Positions 8,817 through 18,700 of a stretch of 64,000 nucleotides of DNA are shown in pieces. This DNA is from Candidatus Nanoarchaeia archaeon (GTDB taxonomy: Archaea; Nanobdellota; Nanobdellia; Woesearchaeales; GW2011-AR4): positions 6,758-70,757 of the forward strand of contig DATDZA010000035.1 of assembly GCA_035288865.1 (NCBI GenBank), in the 5' to 3' direction. A model generated the notes under the pieces. It was not told the DNA's origin and made no database searches. It was given only the letters and a program-made list of their open reading frames with translations. How positions within the stretch are numbered: the stretch's first letter is position 1; every line of letters starts with the position of its first letter. Position numbers and translations under genes: made by a program.

Positions 8817-9200
8817 TTACTTCACTGACAAGCTTGCGCTTGAACGTGTAGCGCCGATTCCTGGAGCGCTGTGCTGGACTCTCCTTCTTGTCAAAACAAA
8901 TTCACCAAGGCAGTGACCAATCATCTCTGATTCAATAATTAAAGGTACAAATTCTTTTCCCGAATGAATTTTTATTGTAAAACCAATCATCTCGGGCAAA
9001 ATTATCATATCTCTGCAGTGAGTCTCAATATTTTTTTGATTTGTTCTTATTTTTTTAAGCAAAATCTGTTCCTGTTCTGTAAATCCTCTTTTGATTTTTC
9101 TCCTCTGTCTTGAAGTCAGCAGCTGGCCCAATTCATTCATACTCATTTTCTTGAGCTCTTCAAGCGTTTTTCCCTTGTATGTAAATTCTTTCTTTGCCAT
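8817..9200 (-). CDS. rps19: 30S ribosomal protein uS19
   Basis: 127-aa ORF with ...[30 protein letters not shown].... Confidence 0.95.
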   Translation of the reverse strand: MAKKEFTYKGKTLEELKKMSMNELGQLLTSRQRRKIKRGFTEQEQILLKKIRTNQKNIETHCRDMIILPEMIGFTIKIHSGKEFVPLIIESEMIGHCLGEFVLTRRRVQHSAPGIGATRSSASLSVK

Positions 9201-9202
9201 GT

Positions 9203-9916
9203 TTACTTCCTGCCGGTTCGTTTAGGTGCAATTTTCCCCACCTTTCTTCCGGGCGGAGAGTTTCTTGCTGACTGGGTTGGAATTCCCTTTGCGTGGGAGC
9301 TTCTTCCACCAAAAGGATGTGATAAAGAGTTCATTGATGTTCCAGAGACTATGGGCCACATTTTATTTTTGGCTTTCATCTTGTAAAATTTGGTTCCTGC
9401 TTTTAGGAACGGCTTTTCTGTTCTTCCTGAGCCGGCAACAATTCCTATAATGGCTCTGCATTCAGGCAGAAAAGTTTTTCTCTTGCTCGACGGCAGCTCA
9501 ATAACAATTCCATCTTCCATCTTTGTGATTATCCTTGCGAAAGTGCCGCTTGACCTTACAAACTTGCCGCCGTCTCCGGGGCTGGATTCAATATTATAAA
9601 TGGAAGTTCCTTCCGGTATGTTTTTCAGCGGCAAAACATTCCCTGACTTGACTTCAATCTCATTTCCAAACTGTATTCTGTCTCCCACCCTGATTCCTTC
9701 CGGAGCCTGAAGCAATCCAACTTCCCCGTTGCTGTACTTTAATTCCATCAATGGCGCGCTGTGTCCCGGGCAGTGCAAAATATCCATAATATTAGCATGA
9801 AATATTGCTCCTTGTTCCTCAGATGTAAACCCCGCTTTTCCCTGATAGTTAAAACTAGGTGATCTATACCGCGGGCTTCCTTTTCCTCGCTTCTGCTGAA
9901 TTAAGCTCTTTCCCAT
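9203..9916 (-). CDS. rpl2: 50S ribosomal protein uL2
   Basis: 237-aa ORF with ...[34 protein letters not shown].... Confidence 0.95.
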   Translation of the reverse strand: MGKSLIQQKRGKGSPRYRSPSFNYQGKAGFTSEEQGAIFHANIMDILHCPGHSAPLMELKYSNGEVGLLQAPEGIRVGDRIQFGNEIEVKSGNVLPLKNIPEGTSIYNIESSPGDGGKFVRSSGTFARIITKMEDGIVIELPSSKRKTFLPECRAIIGIVAGSGRTEKPFLKAGTKFYKMKAKNKMWPIVSGTSMNSLSHPFGGRSSHAKGIPTQSARNSPPGRKVGKIAPKRTGRK

Positions 9917-9926
9917 TGTTTATACC

Positions 9927-10232
9927 TTACATTAACCCAAGCTGGGTCGCTATGTCTATAGCCGGGTTTTTTGCCGAAAATTTAACATAAGCCCTTTTCT
10001 CACAATCCTGTGTTACGAGGGTCTTTACATCATCAACGGCTACTTTAAACATTTCTTCTATTGCTTTCTTAATTTCTTTTTTCGTAGATTTGCTGTTAAC
10101 TACAAAAATTAGCTTGTTCTCAGACTCCATAATCCTTATTGATTTTTCTGTTGATAAAGGGTATTTGATTACTGTATAGGGATCCACTTTCAATGAATTT
10201 CCTTTTAATTGCTTATAGTTATTATTTGACAT
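9927..10232 (-). CDS. rpl23: 50S ribosomal protein uL23
   Basis: The track ORF extends to 10343, overlapping rpl4. The ATG at 10230-10232 (MSNNNYKQLK...DPYTVIKYPLSTEKSIR...) gives a normal-length uL23 with a 13-nt gap to the rpl4 stop. Confidence 0.9.
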   Translation of the reverse strand: MSNNNYKQLKGNSLKVDPYTVIKYPLSTEKSIRIMESENKLIFVVNSKSTKKEIKKAIEEMFKVAVDDVKTLVTQDCEKRAYVKFSAKNPAIDIATQLGLM

Positions 10233-10245
10233 GTTTAGTTTAAAA

Positions 10246-11052
10246 TTATTTGAATAGTTTTTCTTTCTCCAAAATATTAATTGCTGCCTGTGTCCATAAT
10301 GTAAGCCTTCCGGCTTTACCTCCCGGTGCAAGCAGTTCGGCATTCAGGCTTTTTACTTCCACAATATCCATCCCTGGAATGTTCGAAGCTGCTGTGATTA
10401 ACTTGTCTTTTTTTGAAACAACAATTAATATCCCTTTTTTCTGGATATATTTCCTTCCCCTTAACTTTCCTTTTCCGGCCCTTACTTTTCTGCTTTCAAC
10501 CCTTTCCAATTCATTTTCGAGTCCTAATTTTTTTAATGCGTCCAGTACTATTTTTGTCTTGTCGAACGATTCAAATTTATTATCTATGATAAAAGGATAA
10601 TTATCTGGAATTGTGTGACCCCTTTCAGCAACAACTTCTTTTACAACAGTTGCCGAGATTGCGCTTCTGATTGCCTTTGACCTTTCCTTTTCATTGATTT
10701 TGTGCCACCATATTTTTTCTGTTTTTGGTGGATGTGCACGACGTCCGCCTACGGTTCCCGGCATGAAAGCACCGACCCAGTTAAACCTTGTTCCGCTTCT
10801 GGTCATTATTTTTCTTGGAACCCTTGAGATTCCAATGCCGTAAGATCCCCTGTATTTTCTTCTTCGTCTTGAAAGTTTTGCAGAAGCCCTTTTTCCTGCA
10901 AGAGGGCTTGCTGCATAAGGCTGCCTTTTGTGGCTTTGAATAGCCAGCACCGCCCTTAATATTAAGTCAGGCCTTACGTCTTCTGCAAACTGCAGCGGCA
11001 GCTTGATTTCCCCTACCTTGATTTTTGTTGAATCTAAAATATCTAGTTTCAT
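10246..11052 (-). CDS. rpl4: 50S ribosomal protein uL4
   Basis: 268-aa ORF with ...GKRASAKLSRRRRKYRGSYGIGISRVPR.... Confidence 0.9.
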   Translation of the reverse strand: MKLDILDSTKIKVGEIKLPLQFAEDVRPDLILRAVLAIQSHKRQPYAASPLAGKRASAKLSRRRRKYRGSYGIGISRVPRKIMTRSGTRFNWVGAFMPGTVGGRRAHPPKTEKIWWHKINEKERSKAIRSAISATVVKEVVAERGHTIPDNYPFIIDNKFESFDKTKIVLDALKKLGLENELERVESRKVRAGKGKLRGRKYIQKKGILIVVSKKDKLITAASNIPGMDIVEVKSLNAELLAPGGKAGRLTLWTQAAINILEKEKLFK

Positions 11053-11160
11053 TTTAGTTTTCTTGTAAACTTTTATTTTTTATATTATTGATGAATTTTT
11101 TCAATGGTTGTTTTGTTTGCCGTGGGTATCTACTTGATTCATTATTTTAATAATAAAATT

Positions 11161-12132
11161 TTATCTCCCTTGTTTTGATTCCAGGCTGGTGTAAGTTATT
11201 TGCGGCGCATTTGGAACCCCTTTCTTTGGTTTAATGGCCTCTGTTAATCTAATAAATCTTTTTTGCGCGCCGCCCAAAGATCCTTTGACAAGAATGTATG
11301 AATTTTTAACAAGACCGTAATGCAGAAATCCCCCCTTAACATTAACTTCCTCAGTTTTGTTTCCAATTTTTAATACCCATTTATTGTATTCAGTTCTTAA
11401 ATGATAACCCATCTTTCCTGCGTGTGCAGTTCTCCACATTAAATGACCCTGGGCGCGCCATGCACCTAAAGAACCTGGATTACGCCTACTTTTTTCTGAT
11501 TTATGGTGTCTTAATGTAACCCCAAATCTTCGGACGGGTCCCTGAAATCCCCTTCCCCTCGTAACTGAATGAATATCAAGCTGCTGGCCTTCCTTGAAAA
11601 CTTCTGCAACTGCAATCTCTTTTCCTAATTTTTCTTTTGCATAAGCTAATTGCTGCTCTTTGCTTCCACCTAATGCAACTTCAAAAACTTCGGGTCTTTT
11701 CTTGCCAAATCCTGTTAATTTTGGTTGTGTTGCACACATTAATCTTACAAAATCGAAATCGGTTGCTTCTTTTCCTTTTTTAATTGGCAGGTTAATTCTT
11801 CTTCCAAGCTCCTTATCAAGCGAATTGGCATACAACTCAGAAACAAGACGAGAATCATCGCGGAATTTTTTATAAAATCTTATGGAGATTGCCTTTAGTG
11901 GCGGGCATTCAATGACTGTCGTCGGACAGAAAATTTCTGTGCCCTTTGTCAGAGAAGTTTGCCGGTTGTCGGTAATCATAACATGCGACATGCCGACTTT
12001 GTAGCCAGCAAACCCCAGCAGCTTTGCTTCCTTGTTGTTCGGCCAATGCCTTATCCGGGCAGTCTCTGTACTAGATCTGGCTCTCGGCCAAAACTGCATG
12101 CTTCCTGCTCTCGGTGACCTTGTTCTTGGCAT
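11161..12132 (-). CDS. rpl3: 50S ribosomal protein uL3
   Basis: 323-aa ORF starting MPRTRSPRAGSMQFWPRAR..., with ...GYKVGMSHV.... It is the first gene of the cluster. Confidence 0.95.
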   Translation of the reverse strand: MPRTRSPRAGSMQFWPRARSSTETARIRHWPNNKEAKLLGFAGYKVGMSHVMITDNRQTSLTKGTEIFCPTTVIECPPLKAISIRFYKKFRDDSRLVSELYANSLDKELGRRINLPIKKGKEATDFDFVRLMCATQPKLTGFGKKRPEVFEVALGGSKEQQLAYAKEKLGKEIAVAEVFKEGQQLDIHSVTRGRGFQGPVRRFGVTLRHHKSEKSRRNPGSLGAWRAQGHLMWRTAHAGKMGYHLRTEYNKWVLKIGNKTEEVNVKGGFLHYGLVKNSYILVKGSLGGAQKRFIRLTEAIKPKKGVPNAPQITYTSLESKQGR

Positions 12133-12745
12133 TTAATTTTAATACCACACAGACTAATTTGTCTATGCATTTATTCAATGCAAAAAAACCTTTTATTGAA
12201 TGCCTTTTGTAGAAAACAGTTTTCAACTGTACTGAAAAGGCAGTCTTTTCAGGCTTGTTTTTGTATATGTTTAACTTTTAAATTAAACACTAAAATTATA
12301 GTTATTAGGAATAGTATGTGATTTATAAAGGTTGTGGAAAATATAAAAGATTCGAAATTGGTTTTTTGGTATTATGGATTATTACAAGAGACTAAAATTT
12401 TGTATTTAAATTCTGGTTTCGGTACTTCTTTTGTGGGTGGGTTTCATCTCACATAAAAGTACCTGGAACCCATTTCGCTTTTGTTGACAACCGTAAGACC
12501 CGTTTCTTTTTTGTCTGGAAACACAACTTTTGTTTTGTTGTTTGTATTTGTGATTTTCGTGTGGTTTTGGGTTTTGTTGTTGGTACTAAATTAGTTTCTT
12601 TTTGTGTCTTTTTGTCACCAACACGAAATAACTGTGGGATATTTTACTCGTTTGCGGGTATTAGTAACAAAAAACCCGATTCCAGCAACAGTTAATTAAA
12701 TTTTTACGACCAGTGTGTTTTTGTTGTTATATAGTAATAAAAACA

Positions 12746-12780
12746 CCACCACCTACCCCTTTCTTTCGATTGGAAACCCA
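12746..12780 (-). repeat. ORB-like element a
   Basis: The minus strand reads TGGGTTTCCAATCGAAAGAAAGGGGTAGGTGGTGG: a dyad (TTCCA..GAAA) followed by a G-string, pointing away from the AT-rich core. Confidence 0.5.
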
Positions 12781-12898
12781 TTTAATTTTTGTTGTTGTTT
12801 TTTTATCTTGTTTTGTTTTTATTGTTATTTATTATTTTTTCTATATAGTAAATAAATATATAATATAAAAAAAAGACAAAACAAACAATAAATAATAG
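12781..12898. other. candidate DNA-unwinding element (AT-rich core)
   Basis: Hand count is 14 G/C in 118 nt. The left part is T-rich and the right part A-rich on the + strand, with the switch near 12845. It is flanked by inverted ORB-like elements a and b. Confidence 0.45.
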
Positions 12899-12925
12899 TT
12901 CCATAGGAAATGTAGGGGTGGGTTA
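12899..12925 (+). repeat. ORB-like element b
   Basis: The + strand reads TTCCATAGGAAATGTAGGGGTGGGTTA. It shares TTCCA-N3-GAAA-N3-AGGGGTRGGT with element a and lies in the opposite orientation. Confidence 0.5.
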
Positions 12926-12946
12926 AGTAAAGAAAATGTTTATATA

Positions 12947-12964
12947 CCTGTATTTCTTCTGGAA
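12947..12964 (-). repeat. weaker ORB-like element c next to orc1/cdc6 start
   Basis: The minus strand reads TTCCAGAAGAAATACAGG (dyad conserved, G-string degenerate), 6 nt upstream of the orc1/cdc6 ATG. A further weak copy lies on the minus strand at 12497-12520 (TTCCAGACAAAAAAGAAACGGGTC). There is a half-site at 12464-12475. Confidence 0.35.
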
Positions 12965-12969
12965 CCCTT

Positions 12970-14175
12970 ATGGGAAGTGGGTTAGATACATTTTTCGAGG
13001 TGTTTTTAAAGAGGGACAGTGTTTTTTTTGATAAAAAGGTGCTGCAGTCATCTTATACACCAGAAACAATCCCTTACAGGGAAGAACAGACAAAACAAGT
13101 AGCTAATATAATAGCCCCTGCCCTAAGGGGAGATAAACCCTCTAATGTACTTGTTTATGGGAAAACCGGGACCGGAAAAACACTAACAATAAGACACACC
13201 ACACAAAAACTTTCAGAAATAGCAGAAAGGGAAAACATTCCACTCAAAGTAATATATATCAACTGCAAACTCAAAAGAAGCACGGACACAGAATATAGAT
13301 TAATTGCCCAGCTCGCAAGGGAACTTGGGAAATCAATTCCCCCAACCGGGCTCCCAACGGAAGAAGTTTACAAAGCATTCTTTAAAGCACTCAACAAACA
13401 AAAACAAAATTATGTTTTGGTTTTGGACGAGATAGACCAACTTGTAAACAAAACTGGCGACAATGCACTTTACAACCTAACGAGATTAAATGAAGAAGAC
13501 ACAAAATCACAGATTTCTATTATAGGAATTTCAAATGATATAATGTTTGTTGAAAACCTTGATCCAAGAGTCAGGTCCTCCTTGTCTGAAGAAGAAATTA
13601 TTTTTCCACCATATAATGCTATACAAATTCAGGCAATCTTAAAACAAAGATCAGAACTGGCATTCAACAAAGAGGTGCTTGAGCAAGGGGTTATTGAAAA
13701 ATGCGCAGCTTATGCTGCAAGAGACCACGGCGACGCACGGAGGGCACTTGAATTATTAAGAGTTGCCGGCGAAGTTGCGGACAGAAAAAATTTCAAGAAA
13801 ATTGGGATACCTCACATTGATGAGGCAGAGGAAAAAATTGATAGGGACAGGATAATCGACATTGCAACTACACAGCCAAAACAATATCAACTAGTACTTT
13901 ACGCAATACTTGCCCTAAACCCAACAAATAATAAAAGTATGTTCACGGGGGAAGTTTACGAAATATATAAAACAATTTGCAACAAGATAAATATCAGCAT
14001 TCTGACACAAAGGAGGGTATCGGACATAATATCTGAATTTGATATGCTGGGGATAGTGAATGCAAAAGTCATCTCCAAGGGAAGATATGGGAGGACTAGG
14101 GACATTTCAGTAGATATTCCGGAAAGCACTTTAGCTAAGCTAAAGGCAATTCTTGAAGACAATATTCATATTTAA
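12970..14175 (+). CDS. cdc6: Orc1/Cdc6 replication initiator
   Basis: 401-aa ORF. Walker A VYGKTGTGKT and Walker B VLVLDEID, with a C-terminal winged-helix-like region. It sits next to the origin-like region. Confidence 0.95.
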   Translation: MGSGLDTFFEVFLKRDSVFFDKKVLQSSYTPETIPYREEQTKQVANIIAPALRGDKPSNVLVYGKTGTGKTLTIRHTTQKLSEIAERENIPLKVIYINCKLKRSTDTEYRLIAQLARELGKSIPPTGLPTEEVYKAFFKALNKQKQNYVLVLDEIDQLVNKTGDNALYNLTRLNEEDTKSQISIIGISNDIMFVENLDPRVRSSLSEEEIIFPPYNAIQIQAILKQRSELAFNKEVLEQGVIEKCAAYAARDHGDARRALELLRVAGEVADRKNFKKIGIPHIDEAEEKIDRDRIIDIATTQPKQYQLVLYAILALNPTNNKSMFTGEVYEIYKTICNKINISILTQRRVSDIISEFDMLGIVNAKVISKGRYGRTRDISVDIPESTLAKLKAILEDNIHI

Positions 14176-14280
14176 TATTATAACTCCACAAATATCAAGC
14201 TGATTAGGGTGTATTAAAACTATAATTAAATAAAAACAACCCAAACTAAAATTATACTATTTAACTTTGGGTTTTGACAT

Positions 14281-15783
14281 ATGCAGCAAGAACTCGTTAG
14301 GAAGAAACGTGAAATAATAGATATTTTTCTGAAGAACGGAGTACTGATAAGTTCAGAACTTTTGAAAGAAATAGAGAATGACGAGCAGGCAGATAAAGTA
14401 TTCAGCCTGCTAAAAACAAAAAAAACTGAAGATTTAGCAGTGACAGAAGAAGATTTAAATAAACTTTTTTCAAAACAAAAATCTGACCAGGCAACAGAAT
14501 TAAAGCAGGAAAAATCAGCAATATCCAACGTCAAAATTATTAGTTCATACAAAGGAGACCCAAAAAAACGAGAGGCCGCGGATTTCGTTGATTATTTCAA
14601 CATCCGGTACAAAGCAATCGAAAAAATTCTGAAACAGCACCAGGAATTAAAAAATACAGTATCAATAAGTAAAATAATTAATAAAAAAGACAAGGAAGCA
14701 ATAGCCATCATAGGGATTGTGAGCAGCAAGCAAATAACAAAAAATGGAAATCTGCTTTTGTTGCTGGAAGATCCGACCGGGCAAAGAAGAGTTTTGGTTA
14801 ACAAGAACAAACCAACACTGTTCAACGAAGCAAAAGATATAGTTCTGGATGAAGTAATAGGCATTGTCGGTGTAAATGTGGATACTCTGATGTTTGCGAA
14901 CAACGTTATATGGCCGGAAGTTCCGACGAGCAAGGAATTGATAAAAGCGCCGGAAGAAAAATATGCTATTTTCCTATCGGACCTGCATGTGGGCTCGTCA
15001 AAATTCCTGCCGGAAGATTTTGAAAAATTTTTGAAGTGGATAAATTGTGATATGGGAAATGAGCAGCAAAGACACATAGCAAAAAATGTTGAATATATTT
15101 TTATTGCAGGAGACTTGGTTGACGGTGTCGGGATTTACCCAGGACAGGACACCGAATTATTAATAAAAGATATCTATGAGCAATACAAAGCATGCGCCGA
15201 ATATCTTAAACAAATTCCTTCACATATACCCTTAATAATCTGTCCGGGCAATCACGATGCACTGAGAATTTCGGAGCCGCAGCCGATTTTATCCAAAGAA
15301 TATGCAAAACCGCTGCATGAAATGAATAACGTAATAATGGTTTCAAATCCCTCATTAGTCAATATAAATTCTTCAGAAAATTTTTCCGGTTTTGATGTGA
15401 TGATGTACCACGGCTACTCTTTTGACCATTATGTCGCGGAAGTTGATTCGCTAAGAAACCAGGGCGGCTATGACCGGGTGGATTTAATAATGAAATTTTT
15501 GCTGAAGAGGAGGCATCTTGCACCGACCCATACATCAACTTTGTATGTTCCTGACACGAAAAAAGACCCGCTTGTAATAGAGAAAGTTCCAGATTTTTTC
15601 CTGAGCGGCCATATTCATAAATCTGCTACGGCAAATTATAGAAATACAACTTTAATTTGTGGAAGCTGCTGGCAGGGCAAAACTTTGTTTCAGGAAAAAG
15701 TAGGCCACAATCCGGAACCGAGCCGAGTTCCAATAGTAAATCTACAGACAAGAGATGTGAAAATATTAAAGTTTGGGCAGTAA
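14281..15783 (+). CDS. DNA polymerase II (PolD) small subunit DP1
   Basis: 500-aa ORF with calcineurin-like phosphoesterase motifs LSDLHVGS, GDLVDG, CPGNHD and GHIH. It immediately precedes DP2. Confidence 0.9.
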   Translation: MQQELVRKKREIIDIFLKNGVLISSELLKEIENDEQADKVFSLLKTKKTEDLAVTEEDLNKLFSKQKSDQATELKQEKSAISNVKIISSYKGDPKKREAADFVDYFNIRYKAIEKILKQHQELKNTVSISKIINKKDKEAIAIIGIVSSKQITKNGNLLLLLEDPTGQRRVLVNKNKPTLFNEAKDIVLDEVIGIVGVNVDTLMFANNVIWPEVPTSKELIKAPEEKYAIFLSDLHVGSSKFLPEDFEKFLKWINCDMGNEQQRHIAKNVEYIFIAGDLVDGVGIYPGQDTELLIKDIYEQYKACAEYLKQIPSHIPLIICPGNHDALRISEPQPILSKEYAKPLHEMNNVIMVSNPSLVNINSSENFSGFDVMMYHGYSFDHYVAEVDSLRNQGGYDRVDLIMKFLLKRRHLAPTHTSTLYVPDTKKDPLVIEKVPDFFLSGHIHKSATANYRNTTLICGSCWQGKTLFQEKVGHNPEPSRVPIVNLQTRDVKILKFGQ

Positions 15784-15784
15784 A

Positions 15785-18700
15785 ATGGCAATTGACCAAA
15801 AATATTTTGAAAAAATAACCAAGCAGATTGATGAAACTTACAGAATAGCCAACGAGGCGAGGGCAAAGGGTTATGACCCGGAAGAAACCGTCGGTATCCC
15901 GCTTGCAAAAAACATGGCTGAAAGAGTTGAAGGGCTTGTTAGTGTTATGGCACCCCAAATAATAAACAAAGGAATCCCCCAGAGAATTAAGGAGCTGGAA
16001 ATAAAATTTGGAAAACTTGACTGGAGGGTCGCGCTTTCTGTTTCACTTGAAGTGGCACAAGAAAAATTCTGCAAATTTACCACTCAAAAAGAAGCTATTG
16101 AAACAGGAATAAGAATAGGAATTGCATATCTCACTCTAGGGGTTGTTGCATCTCCGCTTGAAGGGTTTGTTGAGTTAAATATTAGAAAAAGGGCGGACGG
16201 AAAAGAATATTTTGCATTAATGTATGCAGGCCCAATCAGAAGCGCAGGCGGAACAGCGGGGGCTGTCAGTGTCGTTCTCGCAGATTACCTAAGGAAAAGT
16301 TTTGGCTTTGAAGCTTATGACCCGACTGAAAAAGAAATAAGGAGGATGGTCACGGAGCTTTATGATTATCACGAAAGAATTACAAATTTGCAGTATCTTC
16401 CGAGCGAAAAGGAAATCAGGTTCCTCGTCGGAAATCTGCCGGTCCAAATCGACGGGGACGCTTCAGAGGAAATTGAAGTATCAAATTACAAGGATATGGA
16501 AAGGATCGAATCAAACAGGATAAGAAGCGGACCTTGCCTTGTTCTTGGGGAGTGTGTTGCGCAGAAAGCTGTGAAAGTGTGGTCTCAGCTCAAAAAATGG
16601 GGAAATGATTTTGATCTTAATAACTGGGAATTCCTCCAGGAGTTTGCACACATACAAAAGGAAGTAAAGGCAAAGGAAAAATTTTCAAAAAAAGGGATAG
16701 TTCCAATTTTTACTTACATTCAGGATTTGGTCGCGGGCCGCCCGGTGCTTGGGCATCCCTCAGCTGTCGGCGGATTCAGATTAAGATACGGTAGGAGCAG
16801 GCTATCCGGATATTCCGCAACTTCAATCCACCCTGCAACTATGATTGTTTTAAATAAGTATCTTGCAATAGGCACCCAGCTTAAAGTCGAGAGGCCTGGA
16901 AAAGCAACAGCCATAACAATCTGCGATTCAATCGAGGGACCGATAGTCAAAATTAAAGATGGCAGCGTTATAATAATGGACACAGAGCAGAAAGCAAAGC
17001 AATATTCCAACTCAATAAAAGAAATATTATTTATGGGTGACATACTGATAAGCTATGGTGATTTTTTTAACAGGGCGCATACGCTTGCTCCGGCTGGTTA
17101 TTGCGAGGAATGGTGGGAGCTCGAACTTGAAAAATCAGCTGAAGAATTATTTGGCTCGGCGAACATTTTAAAAATTGCTGAGATGACTAATATAGAAAAA
17201 ACAATCTTGGAAAAATTAACAAAAAATTATCTTTCGGAAAAACCAGATGCGTTTGTGGCGCTGACTTTAAGCGAGAAATTAAACATACCTCTTCATCCAT
17301 ACTACACGTATCACTGGAAAACAATTTCCAAAGAAAATTTTTTGGATTTGTTGGTCTGGATTGCCTCAGCGAAAATAGAATTTGAAGAAAATGACACCAA
17401 TAAATTAATTCTACCTAAAAACGAGGTTGGCAAAAGAATTCTTGAGATTTTGGGTGTTCCGCACATTTTTGTTAACAATGAATTTACAATCCTTGAAAAA
17501 GATGAAGCGAAGGTTTTCTATAAAATATTTGACCTCGGAAATTCAAATTTTATAGAACAGTTTCAGAAATCTGAAATTGAAGATGTGCTGGAAATAATAA
17601 ATTCAATATCCGATATTAAATTAAGGGACAAATCTGGAACATTCATCGGGGCAAGAATGGGGCGCCCGGAAAAAGCAAAAGTCAGAAAGATGGACGGCGA
17701 GCCACACACATTATTTCCAATCGGGAAGGAAGGTGGCAAGATGAGGTCGTTCCAAAGCGCCCTGGAAACAGGATTTGTGGAAGCGGAATTTCCATCTTAC
17801 ATTTGTATGAACTGCAAGCGTGAAACTGTTTTTGCAAAATGTGACCAATGTGACTTAAAAACGAAGCTGATGCATTACTGCAAGATCTGCGGATATGTTG
17901 AGGGCACAAAATGCGTTCACGGCGAGACACATACCTATAAGGCGCAAAAAATAGATATAAACACTGTTTTTAAAAACGTTCTTAAAAAAATCGGCGCAGC
18001 GCAATACCCAGATTTAATAAAAGGCGTGAAGGGTACATCAAACAAAAATCATGTTCCTGAACATTTTGCAAAAGGGATTATCCGGGCTAAATTTGACGTC
18101 CCGGTTAATAAGGATGGAACAACACGGTATGATATGACTCAGCTTCCAATAACACATTTTACGCCGAAAGAGATAGGCACGTCGGTTGAGGAAATTAGAA
18201 ATTTAGGATATGAAAAAGATTTGTGGGGCAACGAGATTGTGGATTCGGAGCAGGTCATTGAATTAAATCCGCAGGACTTGATATTACCAAAATGCGAAGA
18301 TGCGCCTGAACCCGGGGCAGATAAAATACTTTACAGTGTTGGGCTTTTTATTGATGAGCTTTTGGTTTCTTTATACGGCATGAAAAAATTTTATAATTTT
18401 CAATCTGAAAAAGATTTGGTTGGGCAATTAGTTGTTGCACTTGCCCCCCACACTTCAGCAGGAATTGTCGGTAGAATTATCGGATTTTCAAAGACACAGG
18501 GATTTTTCGCGCATCCTTTGTTTCATGCCGCTACTAGGAGGGATTGCGATGGTGACGAAGCTTCTGTCACTTTATTGATGGATGCCTTGCTGAATTTTTC
18601 AAAACAATTTCTGCCCAACACAAGAGGCGCAACGCAGGACGCGCCTTTGGTTTTGACGTCAATGCTAAATCCAACCGAAGTCGATGACATGGCATTTGAT

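Larger units (their letters stand above)
12133..12969. other. putative chromosomal replication origin (oriC) region
   Basis: 837-bp ORF-free gap immediately upstream of orc1/cdc6. It holds repeated TTCCA-N3-GAAA-N3-A-GGGG-type elements in opposite orientation around an ~88% A+T core, plus a strongly G/T-only stretch at 12520-12600. Origins adjacent to orc1/cdc6 are established for many archaea. Confidence 0.6.

Noticed and set aside
12800-12895. Apparent inverted repeat in the AT-rich core (CTTGTTTTGTTTTTATTGTTATTTATTAT ... GACAAAACAAACAATAAATAATA)
   Set aside because: The right arm is the complement, not the reverse complement, of the left arm, so it cannot form a hairpin or cruciform. It reflects a T-rich to A-rich strand-composition switch rather than a palindrome.
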